Position numbers and translations under genes: made by a program. Of a stretch of 64,000 nt of DNA, positions 8,862 to 17,828 are shown piece after piece. Source of the stretch: Candidatus Woesearchaeota archaeon (GTDB lineage: Archaea > Nanobdellota > Nanobdellia > Woesearchaeales > BM511); contig JAAOYB010000050.1 in assembly GCA_018221135.1 (NCBI GenBank), positions 527 to 64,526 of the forward strand, written 5' to 3'. The notes beneath the pieces are model-generated. The model was not told the origin of the DNA. It saw only the letters and a program-made list of their open reading frames with translations, and did not search any database. How positions within the stretch are numbered: the first letter of the stretch is position 1; each line of letters starts with the position of its first letter.

Positions 8862-10346
8862 ATGGTTTACGAAAAAGAAACAATAAAAGTAAAAGGTATG
8901 ACTTGTACTAGTTGCGAAGACATAATAAAAAAAGAAGTAACAAAAAATAAAGGCGTAAAAAGTTTTGAGATTGATTACGCAACCCAGATAGGCCTAGTAA
9001 GTTTTGACCCAGAAAAAACAAGTATGAAAAAAATACTGGGAATAATTGAAGAAGCTGGTTACAACCCAAAGATTATAGGGGGGAAAGCTGAAAAAGATTT
9101 TAGTGGTTCCTATGCTATTAACAAAAAAGTAGTAGGGTACGCTATAGGAATAGTTGGGTTTTTATTAATCGCGTATTTCGTTTTTGGAATAGTTGATACA
9201 GTAAGGCTTCCTCAAATAAGCCAGAACATGGGTTACGGCTTGTTATTATTAGTGGGGTTACTCACTGGTTTTCATTGTGTTAGTATGTGTGGAGGATTCG
9301 TTCTCGGATACACCACAAAGAACTCTAAAGAAGGAAAAAGCAATTATAATGATCATTTCATGTACGGAGCAGGGAAAACAATATCGTACACAATAATAGG
9401 GGCGGGGTTTGGATTACTGGGTTCAATATTTGCTTTCACACCTCTCATGAGAGGAGTAGCAGGCATCTTAGCAGGATTATTTTTAATAATTTTTGGTCTT
9501 AACATGCTCGGATTCTTATCGCCTCTTAGACGTCTCAGACTAAGAACACCAAAGTTCGTATCACGTTTTGTTCGAACCGAATCCACTAAGCACAAAAGCC
9601 CACTTGTTATTGGTTTGCTTAACGGATTAATGATTGCGTGCGGACCACTCCAAGCAATTTATATCATGGCCGCAGGAACCGGGAGCGCGTTAGAAGGCGC
9701 AAAAGTGTTGTTCTTATTCGGTTTAGGAACATTGCCTGTCATGCTCGGTTTTGGTTTCTTAGCGAGTTTTCTGAGCAACAAAGCCACCAATAAAATACTA
9801 AAAGCGAGCGGTTTTGTAGTCATACTACTTGGTGTCATAATGGTTAATAGAGGCTTGGCTCTTAGCGGTACCGGATTTGATACTAACACCTTAGTTGCTA
9901 ACGTATTAGCTAGTAACGACGCATCTTTAACAGATGAAGGAAGCGCTTTAGAATTCGAAGATGGTTACCAAATTATTAGGATGACTGTTAATAGGTATGG
10001 TTGGGAACCAGACAAATTCGTACTAAAAAAAGGTGTTCCTACCAAGTGGATTATTGATGGCGTAGAGATTAATGGTTGTAACAACGCAATCCAAGTACCA
10101 AAATACAACTTAAAATTCGACGTTGAGTACGGCGAGCAAGTAATTGAGTTCACACCAACAAAAGAAGGAGTGATTAGTTGGAGTTGTTGGATGGGCATGA
10201 TACCTGGAGTCTTCGTTGTAAAAGAAGATATTGATTTAAGCGATGCTTCCGCGGTGCAAGGCGCTCTTGAAGAAGTAGTCGTCCCAAGCGGGGGAAGCTG
10301 TGGCGGCGGAGGCGGCGGTGGTTGTGGCTGCGGAGGAGGAAGATGA
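8862..10346 (+). CDS. HMA domain / DsbD_2 (TauE-like) membrane permease / cupredoxin-like domain fusion with C-terminal Gly-Cys-rich tail
   Basis: N-terminal 'GMTCTSCE' HMA; TM core with 'GFHCVSMCGGFVLGY' and 'ACGPLQAIYIMAAG'; C-terminal beta-rich 'WSCWMGMIPGVFVV' cupredoxin_1-like; tail 'SCGGGGGGGCGCGGG'. Confidence 0.65.
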   Translation: MVYEKETIKVKGMTCTSCEDIIKKEVTKNKGVKSFEIDYATQIGLVSFDPEKTSMKKILGIIEEAGYNPKIIGGKAEKDFSGSYAINKKVVGYAIGIVGFLLIAYFVFGIVDTVRLPQISQNMGYGLLLLVGLLTGFHCVSMCGGFVLGYTTKNSKEGKSNYNDHFMYGAGKTISYTIIGAGFGLLGSIFAFTPLMRGVAGILAGLFLIIFGLNMLGFLSPLRRLRLRTPKFVSRFVRTESTKHKSPLVIGLLNGLMIACGPLQAIYIMAAGTGSALEGAKVLFLFGLGTLPVMLGFGFLASFLSNKATNKILKASGFVVILLGVIMVNRGLALSGTGFDTNTLVANVLASNDASLTDEGSALEFEDGYQIIRMTVNRYGWEPDKFVLKKGVPTKWIIDGVEINGCNNAIQVPKYNLKFDVEYGEQVIEFTPTKEGVISWSCWMGMIPGVFVVKEDIDLSDASAVQGALEEVVVPSGGSCGGGGGGGCGCGGGR

Positions 10347-10807
10347 GAAAAGAACTCCTTTTTTTAATTATTATAAGCGCGTCCTTAATTATTACTGGGT
10401 GCACATCAAGTAACAGCGATGGTCTAAGCGGAAAAGTAGCCAGTGACTTAGGAAGCTCAGGAGATGGTTTTGTTAGTATTCCTCTAAGCGACTTATCAAG
10501 TACTTCTAAGTTCTACGAATACGAAGTCGGAGGAGTTAAAGTAAAGTACTTCGCTGTTCTTGGAAGCGACGGAGCGCCAAGAACTGCTTTTGATGCTTGC
10601 GATGTGTGCGGAGGAAGCAAAGGATACCAACAAATAGGAAGCGATATTCGATGCAGAAACTGCGGAAGAGTGTTCAGCATTGACGGCTTAGGAAGCAAAA
10701 ATAAAGGTTATGGTTGTTGGCCTAGTTACTTACCACACCAAGTAGTAGGTGATGACGTCTTATTAAACATAAACGATATAAAAGCAGGCAGTTACAGATT
10801 CGCCTAA
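10343..10807 (+). CDS. Cys-rich lipoprotein (zinc-ribbon-like 'CDVCGG...CRNCG' metal-binding domain)
   Basis: Start ATG overlaps upstream stop (ATGA); lipobox-like 'LIITGC'; four Cys in two CxxC pairs. Confidence 0.5.
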   Translation: MRKELLFLIIISASLIITGCTSSNSDGLSGKVASDLGSSGDGFVSIPLSDLSSTSKFYEYEVGGVKVKYFAVLGSDGAPRTAFDACDVCGGSKGYQQIGSDIRCRNCGRVFSIDGLGSKNKGYGCWPSYLPHQVVGDDVLLNINDIKAGSYRFA

Positions 10808-10946
10808 AAAAAAGATATTGATATGAGGTAAAAAAATAAAATGGTAAAAGATGATGAGTACCTAAAAATAAACAAAGTGGTTTTGTGGCAAGGCGCTACA
10901 GCAATATTAGGAATTCTTTTGATAATCTCAGTTTACACCGGGGGTT

Positions 10947-11624
10947 TTGGAGGAAAAAATGATTCTGCTTCTTGGTAGAGTAGTTGATGATCAAAAAAAC
11001 TTAGAAGCGGCTAAGCCGGCTCAGCCAAGCCAGCCTAGCCCTTCGCCCATCCCTACTCCAAGTCCCAGCGCGGCTCCTACTCCGAGTCCGAATCTTTATA
11101 TGAAGACATTAATCGATGACGACGCAGTAAAAGGGGATCCTAACGCGGTGGTGACTATTGTTGAGTGGAGCGATTTTGAATGCCCGTTCTGTGCTAGGTT
11201 TTATTCAGAGACGCTAGGACAAATACTTAGTGAGTACGTCGATACTGGCAAAGTTAAGTTTGTGTATAGGGATTACCCTCTTAGTTTCCATCCTCAAGCT
11301 CAAAAAGCCGCTGAGGCTGCGGAGTGCGCAGGTGAACAAGATAAGTATTTTGAGATGCATGACTTATTATTTGAGAAAGGCGTAAAAGGAGGCGTTGCTA
11401 GTTTTAAGCAGTTCGCGTCTGACATAGGTCTTGACACAGCGAAGTTTAATACTTGTCTGGATACTGGTGCTATGGCGTCTGAAGTAGCTAAGGATATGAG
11501 AGATGGTCAAAGCCTTGGTATTCGAGGAACACCCGGCTTCATCATTAATGGTCAACTAGTTAGCGGGGCTCAGCCTTTCAGCGCGTTTAAACAAGTAATC
11601 GATGCCAAACTAGCACAAGGATAA
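10947..11624 (+). CDS. DsbA-family thiol:disulfide oxidoreductase (thioredoxin fold, 'CPFC'); N-terminal TM anchor appears to lie in another frame (10841..10978)
   Basis: 'WSDFECPFCARFY' active site; Pro/Ser-rich linker; upstream 45-aa TM-containing ORF 10841..10978 in -1 frame joined across an A6 run. Confidence 0.7.
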   Translation: MEEKMILLLGRVVDDQKNLEAAKPAQPSQPSPSPIPTPSPSAAPTPSPNLYMKTLIDDDAVKGDPNAVVTIVEWSDFECPFCARFYSETLGQILSEYVDTGKVKFVYRDYPLSFHPQAQKAAEAAECAGEQDKYFEMHDLLFEKGVKGGVASFKQFASDIGLDTAKFNTCLDTGAMASEVAKDMRDGQSLGIRGTPGFIINGQLVSGAQPFSAFKQVIDAKLAQG

Positions 11625-11631
11625 AAAAAAC

Positions 11632-11666
11632 TTTTTGTTTTTTTTTCTCTTATTTTTTTGATTTTG
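11632..11666 (+). terminator. oligo-T tract after dsbA-like gene, putative terminator
   Basis: T-rich 35-nt run following stop at 11624. Confidence 0.3.
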
Positions 11667-11693
11667 CAGGAAGTTTCAGATTCACTTAAACGT

Positions 11694-11710
11694 AACATTT
11701 AAATATTTGA
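11694..11710 (+). promoter_or_regulatory. putative archaeal TATA box / palindromic operator 'ATTTAAATATTT' upstream of arsR (leaderless arrangement)
   Basis: TATA-like palindrome ~25 nt upstream of ATG 11728. Confidence 0.35.
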
Positions 11711-11727
11711 ACAACTATTCAACTATT

Positions 11728-12072
11728 ATGGATGTGGAAACAATAAAAAAAATTAAGCAGTTTTTTACTGCGCTATCAGATGAAACTCGTCTAAAAATTT
11801 TATTAGAGCTTATAAAAAGTCCAAAGAATGTAAATGAGATTCATAAAGCAATTCCAAACATAACTCTTTCAGCTGTTTCACATCAACTAAAACAAATGAA
11901 AGATATAGACATAATTTTTTATGAAAGAAAAGGAAGAGAAAAAATTTATTCTTTATCTGAAAAATTTTGTTGGTGTATACTTCGTGATGCTACAAATCAT
12001 TTTAAAAGAGGCGGAAAAAACTGTCCTCATTGCATAGAAATGCAAAAAGAGCATATTAAAAAAAGTAAATGA
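11728..12072 (+). CDS. ArsR/SmtB-family metal-responsive transcriptional regulator
   Basis: HTH 'LSDETRLKILLELIKSPKNVNEI...LSAVSHQLKQMKD'; C-terminal 'CPHC'; ATG at 11728 preferred over track TTG at 11707; gene is markedly more AT-rich than its neighbours. Confidence 0.75.
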   Translation: MDVETIKKIKQFFTALSDETRLKILLELIKSPKNVNEIHKAIPNITLSAVSHQLKQMKDIDIIFYERKGREKIYSLSEKFCWCILRDATNHFKRGGKNCPHCIEMQKEHIKKSK

Positions 12073-12088
12073 GTGTTGAGGTTTTCAA

Positions 12089-14293
12089 ATGAGTAAAAAA
12101 AGTGTTAATATTAAGGGTATGCACTGCGCTAGTTGCGTTTTTAGAGTAGAAAAAGCTATTAAGACAGTTGAAGGAGTCAGCAATGCTAATGTTAACTTAG
12201 CAACTCACAAAGCAAGTTTTGATCTAAGCGATGAAGCTAACCTTGAAAAAGTGGCGGTTGCTATCAAAAAATCTGGGTACGACGCGCAAATAGCGCAAGA
12301 AGCAAAAACAAATGATGATTCTGAAAAATTAGAAAGAGAAAAAGAAATCAACACACTTAAGACAAAAACTTATACTGCTTTGCTATTAAGTATTCCTCTT
12401 CTTTACTTCGCCATGGGAGCTCACGTCGGCCTACCAACTTTTTTTAGTGGTAAAACCATGGCGTTAGTACAATTCTTGATAACTACTCCTATAATACTTG
12501 TTGGTTACGAGTTTTACACTAAAGGTTTTATGAGCGTATATAAAGCCAAGACTGCTAATATGGACACCTTAGTAGCGGTTGGCACTGGAAGCGCGTATGT
12601 TTACAGCGTGGCCTCTAGTATCATCGGAAATTATGACAGCTTGTTTTTTGAAACCGCTGGAATCCTTATAGCATTCATACTCCTAGGCAGGTATTTAGAG
12701 GCTAACGCCAAGGGTAAGACTAGTGAAAGCATCAAGAAATTGATGGGTTTAAAAGCCAAGACAGCCATTGTTATCAGGGGCAAAAAAGAGTTAGAAATCC
12801 CAATTGATGAAGTAGTAGTAGGAGACATCGTACTTGTAAAACCAGGTCAAAAAATCCCTGTTGACGGCGTAGTCATAAACGGTCACTCATCAGTTGATGA
12901 ATCCATGATTAGTGGAGAGAGCATCCCTGTTGAGAAAACTAAAGGCGACAAAGTAGTTGGGGCAACGATTAACAAAACAGGGAGTTTTAAGTTTAAAGCA
13001 ACTGGGGTTGGAAGCGACACAGTCCTAGCTCAGATAATAAAATTAGTAGAAGAAGCACAAGGAAGCAAAGCCCCCATTCAAAAACTTGCTGATGTCATAG
13101 CAGCTTATTTTGTGCCAGTAGTTATTAGCATAGCAATTATTAGTAGCGGAATATATTTTTTTGTTAACGGATTCGCTTTTGCTCTCTCAATATTCGTGGC
13201 TGTCTTAATCATTGCGTGTCCGTGTGCTTTAGGTCTTGCTACGCCAACAGCGATAATCGTTGGCACAGGACTAGGAGCAGAGAACGGAGTGCTTTTTAAG
13301 AGCGCTGAGAGCCTTCAAGAAACAAGAAAGATAAGCGCTTTAGTCTTTGACAAAACAGGCACTATCACAAAAGGAGAACCAGAAGTAACAGACGTGATTA
13401 ATTTTAATAAGTTTAGTGATAGAGAAGTCTTAAGATTCGCAGGCATAGCTGAGAAGAACTCCGAGCACCCTTTAGCCGACGCGGTTCTAAAAGCTACTAA
13501 GAAGAAAAAAATAAGTGTTGTCAGCCCATCTAGTTTTAATAGCATCACAGGAAAAGGCGTGGTTGCCAACCTAAAAAAAGACAAGATAATCATAGGTAAA
13601 ATCTCCTTATTAAAAGAGCACTCAATAAGCACTAAAAAAGCAGAAGACTCTGTTTCAAAACTTGAAAGCCAAGGAAAAACTGTTATCTTAGTAGGCAAGA
13701 ACAAAGAATTAATTGGGGTGATAGGAGTAGCAGATACTTTAAAACCTCATAGCAAAGAAGCAATACAAACAATTAACTCTTTAGGAATCGATACTTTCAT
13801 GATAACAGGAGATAATAATAAGACCGCTAACGCAATCGCTAAACAAGTAGGCATCAAAAATGTAATCGCTGAGGTGATGCCAAACCAGAAAGCCTCCGAG
13901 ATTAGAGGTCTTCAAGAAAGCTATCTAAGCGTTGGGATGGTAGGTGACGGGATCAACGACGCCCCTGCATTATCCCAATCAGACGTGGGCTTCGCAGTTG
14001 GTAGCGGGACAGACGTAGCAATTGAATCTGGAGACGTCGTATTAGTAAGAGATGACCTTCGAAGCGTGCTTACCAGCATCGAATTATCAAAGTATACTTT
14101 TAGAAAAATAAAACAGAACTTGTTCTGGGCGTTTTTTTATAACGTGCTTGGAATCCCCTTAGCAGCAGGTGTTCTTTACCCTTTCACCGGGTTTTTATTA
14201 AATCCCATCATCGCTGGTGGAGCCATGGCGTTTAGCAGTGTGAGCGTTGTTAGTAACACATTACTTATGAAGAATTACAAAGCCAAGTTTTAA
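12089..14293 (+). CDS. copA: copper-translocating P1B-type ATPase CopA
   Basis: N-terminal HMA 'GMHCASCV'; 'CPC' in TM6 '[11 protein letters not shown]'; 'DKTGTIT'; 'GDGINDAP'; 734 aa. Confidence 0.92.
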   Translation: MSKKSVNIKGMHCASCVFRVEKAIKTVEGVSNANVNLATHKASFDLSDEANLEKVAVAIKKSGYDAQIAQEAKTNDDSEKLEREKEINTLKTKTYTALLLSIPLLYFAMGAHVGLPTFFSGKTMALVQFLITTPIILVGYEFYTKGFMSVYKAKTANMDTLVAVGTGSAYVYSVASSIIGNYDSLFFETAGILIAFILLGRYLEANAKGKTSESIKKLMGLKAKTAIVIRGKKELEIPIDEVVVGDIVLVKPGQKIPVDGVVINGHSSVDESMISGESIPVEKTKGDKVVGATINKTGSFKFKATGVGSDTVLAQIIKLVEEAQGSKAPIQKLADVIAAYFVPVVISIAIISSGIYFFVNGFAFALSIFVAVLIIACPCALGLATPTAIIVGTGLGAENGVLFKSAESLQETRKISALVFDKTGTITKGEPEVTDVINFNKFSDREVLRFAGIAEKNSEHPLADAVLKATKKKKISVVSPSSFNSITGKGVVANLKKDKIIIGKISLLKEHSISTKKAEDSVSKLESQGKTVILVGKNKELIGVIGVADTLKPHSKEAIQTINSLGIDTFMITGDNNKTANAIAKQVGIKNVIAEVMPNQKASEIRGLQESYLSVGMVGDGINDAPALSQSDVGFAVGSGTDVAIESGDVVLVRDDLRSVLTSIELSKYTFRKIKQNLFWAFFYNVLGIPLAAGVLYPFTGFLLNPIIAGGAMAFSSVSVVSNTLLMKNYKAKF

Positions 14294-14296
14294 AGG

Positions 14297-15826
14297 TTGT
14301 TTTTATCGAGGAAAAAGTTTATAAAGGCAAAAACACATATTTTTCTCTTAATGCCTGCTAGTAAAAAAAAAGAGGAATTATTTAAAGAACTAAGCTACAA
14401 AGGCTACCACCCGAAAGGAGAAGCTCCTGATGAGGAATTATGGGAGTTTCAAAGCCTCGTAGACGCAGGACCCTCAGGGTACCCTCAACCAATCAGGCAC
14501 TACGAGCTTCTCATTGAGAGACAAGGGGAGAACTTAGAGAGCGCTTATTACTTCTTATATCAACTAATCGGCGTCGATATAGGTCATAGAATAGAAAAAA
14601 TAATTGATACTTACGCTGCGAGTCAAGCTTCTTCCCAATTCGGAAACCTCCAAGCAAGGCTTAGCATGCAGCAAGGCCAGATAAGCCAATACTTAAAAGG
14701 CATCAGCGACATGGTAAAAGGATTGTTTCAGCTTGTTCGAGAACTTCGAATAATCGAGGAGAGATTGCAGTTTTACTTTGACACCTACGATGATGAGAGC
14801 GGAAACAAAGACTCAAGCGAAATCGTCCTAAAAGGCTTGTGGGTTGACCAAGTAGAAGGAGGAGCCAAGAATCCCTCGAGCGTGTATGGATTAGCAGCTA
14901 ATGTCGGCTTTACAATACTGCCTGACTTATTTTTTAGGATAAGAGTAAAAAACGCTAAGCGCATAGACGAAAGAGTTGATGAGTTAAAGTTCAACGAGAA
15001 AGTAAAAGAGATCCTTAAAAGAAAACTAAGACAATACCATGAGTGGAAAAAAAGAACTTTTAGCGAGTTAAAAACAAGAAAGCAATTCTTAATAAAATAT
15101 TTGCGTCAACATTACGAATCAATACAACTCTATATTAGTTGGATAAAACCATATCTTAGAAACGTCAAAAACTTACAAATGGCTAAGAAGTTAGAGAGTA
15201 ACAACGAACTCATCAGTAGTTTTGAGAGTAACATCTCAGAAATAGAATTCTTAGGAATAAAAAAAGGGAAAGGGGGTTATAACAGCGTAGCTGTTGTTAA
15301 CATGCTCCACAGAAGCCGCCCCGAACTTAATTATCACGCTCAAGAATACCAAAACAAAGGCCCCACCCACACAGGTAAGCTACGACTCAACATCCGGGGT
15401 TATGCTTGGACTGATAAACAAATCGAGGATTACAAAGAATACAAGCTTAACGAAGACTTAGAATTATTAAGCACTGTTGATGAAAGCATCCAAGCAGCTA
15501 TGGACGCACTTGGAGACGACTTAAAAAAGTATTTGAAAACAAAAGGAGAAGAAATAGACAAACCCATTACTTCTAAGAAGAAAAAAGTTAGGCAGCCAGG
15601 AGCAGCGGATCCTTTCCTTAGCGTGTTTAAGGGCTTCGCCGAGCTTGGGAGAAGTTTTTTCCCCGCCAAACCAAAAAGTGATGGGAGCGGTGAGAAGAAA
15701 CCAACCAAAAAGGATGTGTGGCAGAGTAAAAAAGACATTGTTGGTTCTGTTAAGACCGCTGAGGTAGTGACTTGGCTCGCGTTTAAGAATTTCAAAAAAG
15801 GCAATGGCATGCTTACGTGGTGGTAA
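14297..15826 (+). CDS. large hypothetical protein with no recognisable domain (start uncertain; TTG at 14297 or ATG at 14351)
   Basis: Long ORF 4 nt after copA stop and 3 nt before next ORF; real amino-acid composition; no motifs recognised. Confidence 0.45.
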   Translation: MFLSRKKFIKAKTHIFLLMPASKKKEELFKELSYKGYHPKGEAPDEELWEFQSLVDAGPSGYPQPIRHYELLIERQGENLESAYYFLYQLIGVDIGHRIEKIIDTYAASQASSQFGNLQARLSMQQGQISQYLKGISDMVKGLFQLVRELRIIEERLQFYFDTYDDESGNKDSSEIVLKGLWVDQVEGGAKNPSSVYGLAANVGFTILPDLFFRIRVKNAKRIDERVDELKFNEKVKEILKRKLRQYHEWKKRTFSELKTRKQFLIKYLRQHYESIQLYISWIKPYLRNVKNLQMAKKLESNNELISSFESNISEIEFLGIKKGKGGYNSVAVVNMLHRSRPELNYHAQEYQNKGPTHTGKLRLNIRGYAWTDKQIEDYKEYKLNEDLELLSTVDESIQAAMDALGDDLKKYLKTKGEEIDKPITSKKKKVRQPGAADPFLSVFKGFAELGRSFFPAKPKSDGSGEKKPTKKDVWQSKKDIVGSVKTAEVVTWLAFKNFKKGNGMLTWW

Positions 15827-15829
15827 GAA

Positions 15830-17761
15830 ATGGCTGGTGAATATCATAGCGTTATGGACAAAGAATTCGCGCCTAACATCCAAGAAATAGGCGCTAGTAC
15901 TAATCCTTTCCAACACCAAACCGAAGCTCTAAAAGCAAGGATTTTTCATGGTGCTAACAAAGTCGAATTTTCTTTTTTTGGACAAGGAAAAACCAATAAG
16001 GAACAACCCGGCCCCGAAACGTTTGGAAGTCGTGAGAGAGAAGACATGAAAGCCATGGCTGAGTTTAACAAAGTCCAAACCAGCACTCACGCAACAGTTG
16101 GTATTAATGGTCTTAGCGGTTTTAATTTCCAAAACAACAGTTTTAGCAGCGAACAACAACAACAAAGCCTGGACGAATTAAAAAAAGCCATTGATTTCGC
16201 CTCAGAAGCAAGCACTGGCGGAGCCGTTGTTTTCCACACAGGCGAAGGCCCCAGAAGTATGTGGAGTACGTTTAACAAAGAATTCCAACTTCATGACAAA
16301 GAAGAAAAAGAAGAAGTACATTACTTAGTTGACAAAGACGACAAAAGAATTATCGGCGCTGTTAAAGAAGACGCGTACATCTTTGAGCCCCAACAAAAAA
16401 TCGGTAAAGACGGCGATAAAGAGTGGGTTACAAAAACTGATGGGACTTGCGAAATAGACGAATTAACCGGAGGGAAAATCCCTGTTTATGAACAGACAAA
16501 ACAAGGAGACATCGATGTTAAAAAAATAACTTTTAAGGAATGGCGTCAAAGAGAAGAAGAAAAAATGGGAAAAAGTGGTTTGAATCCTCACACTTTTGAT
16601 AATAGAAAGAAGATAACCAAAGATTTTTTTAAGGAACAACAAGAAGCCCAGATCCAGTATCAACTAGGGCAATCCAGGATTTATATTGATCATTATAAAA
16701 AGGGTTTAAAGCAAAGAGAGAAACTAAAAGAAGCCCTAGAGCATTACAAGAAAATGAAAGGTGCTATGAGCGATGAAGACTGGAAGAATAAACATACAAT
16801 GTGGGACCCTGAGACTAGGAGTTTTGAGGGCTTAACACTACCTGACTACACAGATCCTATCAAACACCTAGAAAACAAGATAAAAGATAATGTTAGAGAG
16901 ATAGGGTACGGGCGAGAAATCGCTCTTGGGGGTATCAGAGCTGCAAAAGAAGCTTATGAAAAAGTAAAAAACGCTGAGTTCATAGAAGAATTCGCTCTTG
17001 AACAAGCAAGTAATCAAATGGCGGAAGCCGCGGTTTACGCCCATGAAAAAACCAAGCAAAGAATAGCTAAAGGAGACACGTCCTTAGAGAAGAACCCTTT
17101 GTTTATAAGCCCTGAAGGTTGGAGACCAGAAGATTTCGGAAGCCACCCTGAGGAGCTCAGAAAACTAATAAATAATGCAAGGAAGAAAACCAGTGATACT
17201 TTAGTCAAACAAAAAGGGTACTCAGAGACTAAAGCTGAAAAAGTAGCAGAGCAAAGTATTAAAGCAACCATCGATATAGGTCACATGAATACTTGGCGCA
17301 AGTTCTTTGTAAAAAAAAGCGGTGAGAGCGACGAAGCGTATCATAAGCGTTTTGATAATTGGCTTATTAGAGAAACTGATAAATTAGCTAAAGAAGGCCT
17401 CATCGGTCACGTTCACCTAAGCGATAACTACGGATATAACGATGAACACTTAGCTATCGGTGATGGTAACGCTCCGATTAAGGATTTCATGGCTGTTATG
17501 AGAAAAAACGGAGTTGACGATTTCATAGTTGAAGCAGGCAGTTTTAACCCTATGAGCGCGCTTCCCGATGCTTGGGAGCATTTGGGAAGCCCTGTTTACA
17601 GGGTCGGAACCCCAACCGCTGGGACACCAGGGGATAGTTGGGGTTATTTTCATCAAGGTTACTTCGGAGGAACTGAAGGTCCTCGCTTCGTCGTTGGCGA
17701 TTACTCTCCAAGCGATGATTATAAGGGTTCACCATTTTATACCGGGACTCCTTTAGAGTAA
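15830..17761 (+). CDS. xylose-isomerase-like TIM-barrel (AP-endonuclease-2 fold) protein with ~300-aa charged K/E-rich insertion
   Basis: 'AIDFASEASTGGAVVFHTGE' and C-terminal 'GHVHLSDNYGYNDEHLAIGDGNAPIKDFMAVMRKNGVDDFIVEAG' match the XI-like barrel signature; central coiled-coil-like insert. Confidence 0.5.
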   Translation: MAGEYHSVMDKEFAPNIQEIGASTNPFQHQTEALKARIFHGANKVEFSFFGQGKTNKEQPGPETFGSREREDMKAMAEFNKVQTSTHATVGINGLSGFNFQNNSFSSEQQQQSLDELKKAIDFASEASTGGAVVFHTGEGPRSMWSTFNKEFQLHDKEEKEEVHYLVDKDDKRIIGAVKEDAYIFEPQQKIGKDGDKEWVTKTDGTCEIDELTGGKIPVYEQTKQGDIDVKKITFKEWRQREEEKMGKSGLNPHTFDNRKKITKDFFKEQQEAQIQYQLGQSRIYIDHYKKGLKQREKLKEALEHYKKMKGAMSDEDWKNKHTMWDPETRSFEGLTLPDYTDPIKHLENKIKDNVREIGYGREIALGGIRAAKEAYEKVKNAEFIEEFALEQASNQMAEAAVYAHEKTKQRIAKGDTSLEKNPLFISPEGWRPEDFGSHPEELRKLINNARKKTSDTLVKQKGYSETKAEKVAEQSIKATIDIGHMNTWRKFFVKKSGESDEAYHKRFDNWLIRETDKLAKEGLIGHVHLSDNYGYNDEHLAIGDGNAPIKDFMAVMRKNGVDDFIVEAGSFNPMSALPDAWEHLGSPVYRVGTPTAGTPGDSWGYFHQGYFGGTEGPRFVVGDYSPSDDYKGSPFYTGTPLE

Positions 17762-17771
17762 AGTAATAAGT

Positions 17772-17781
17772 TTTATATAAA
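17772..17781 (+). promoter_or_regulatory. putative TATA box 'TTTTATATAA'
   Basis: AT-rich box ~50 nt upstream of 17829 start. Confidence 0.3.
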
Positions 17782-17828
17782 ACAAAACAAAAAAATGTTT
17801 TTGTACATAAATTAGAGGTTGACTAGAA

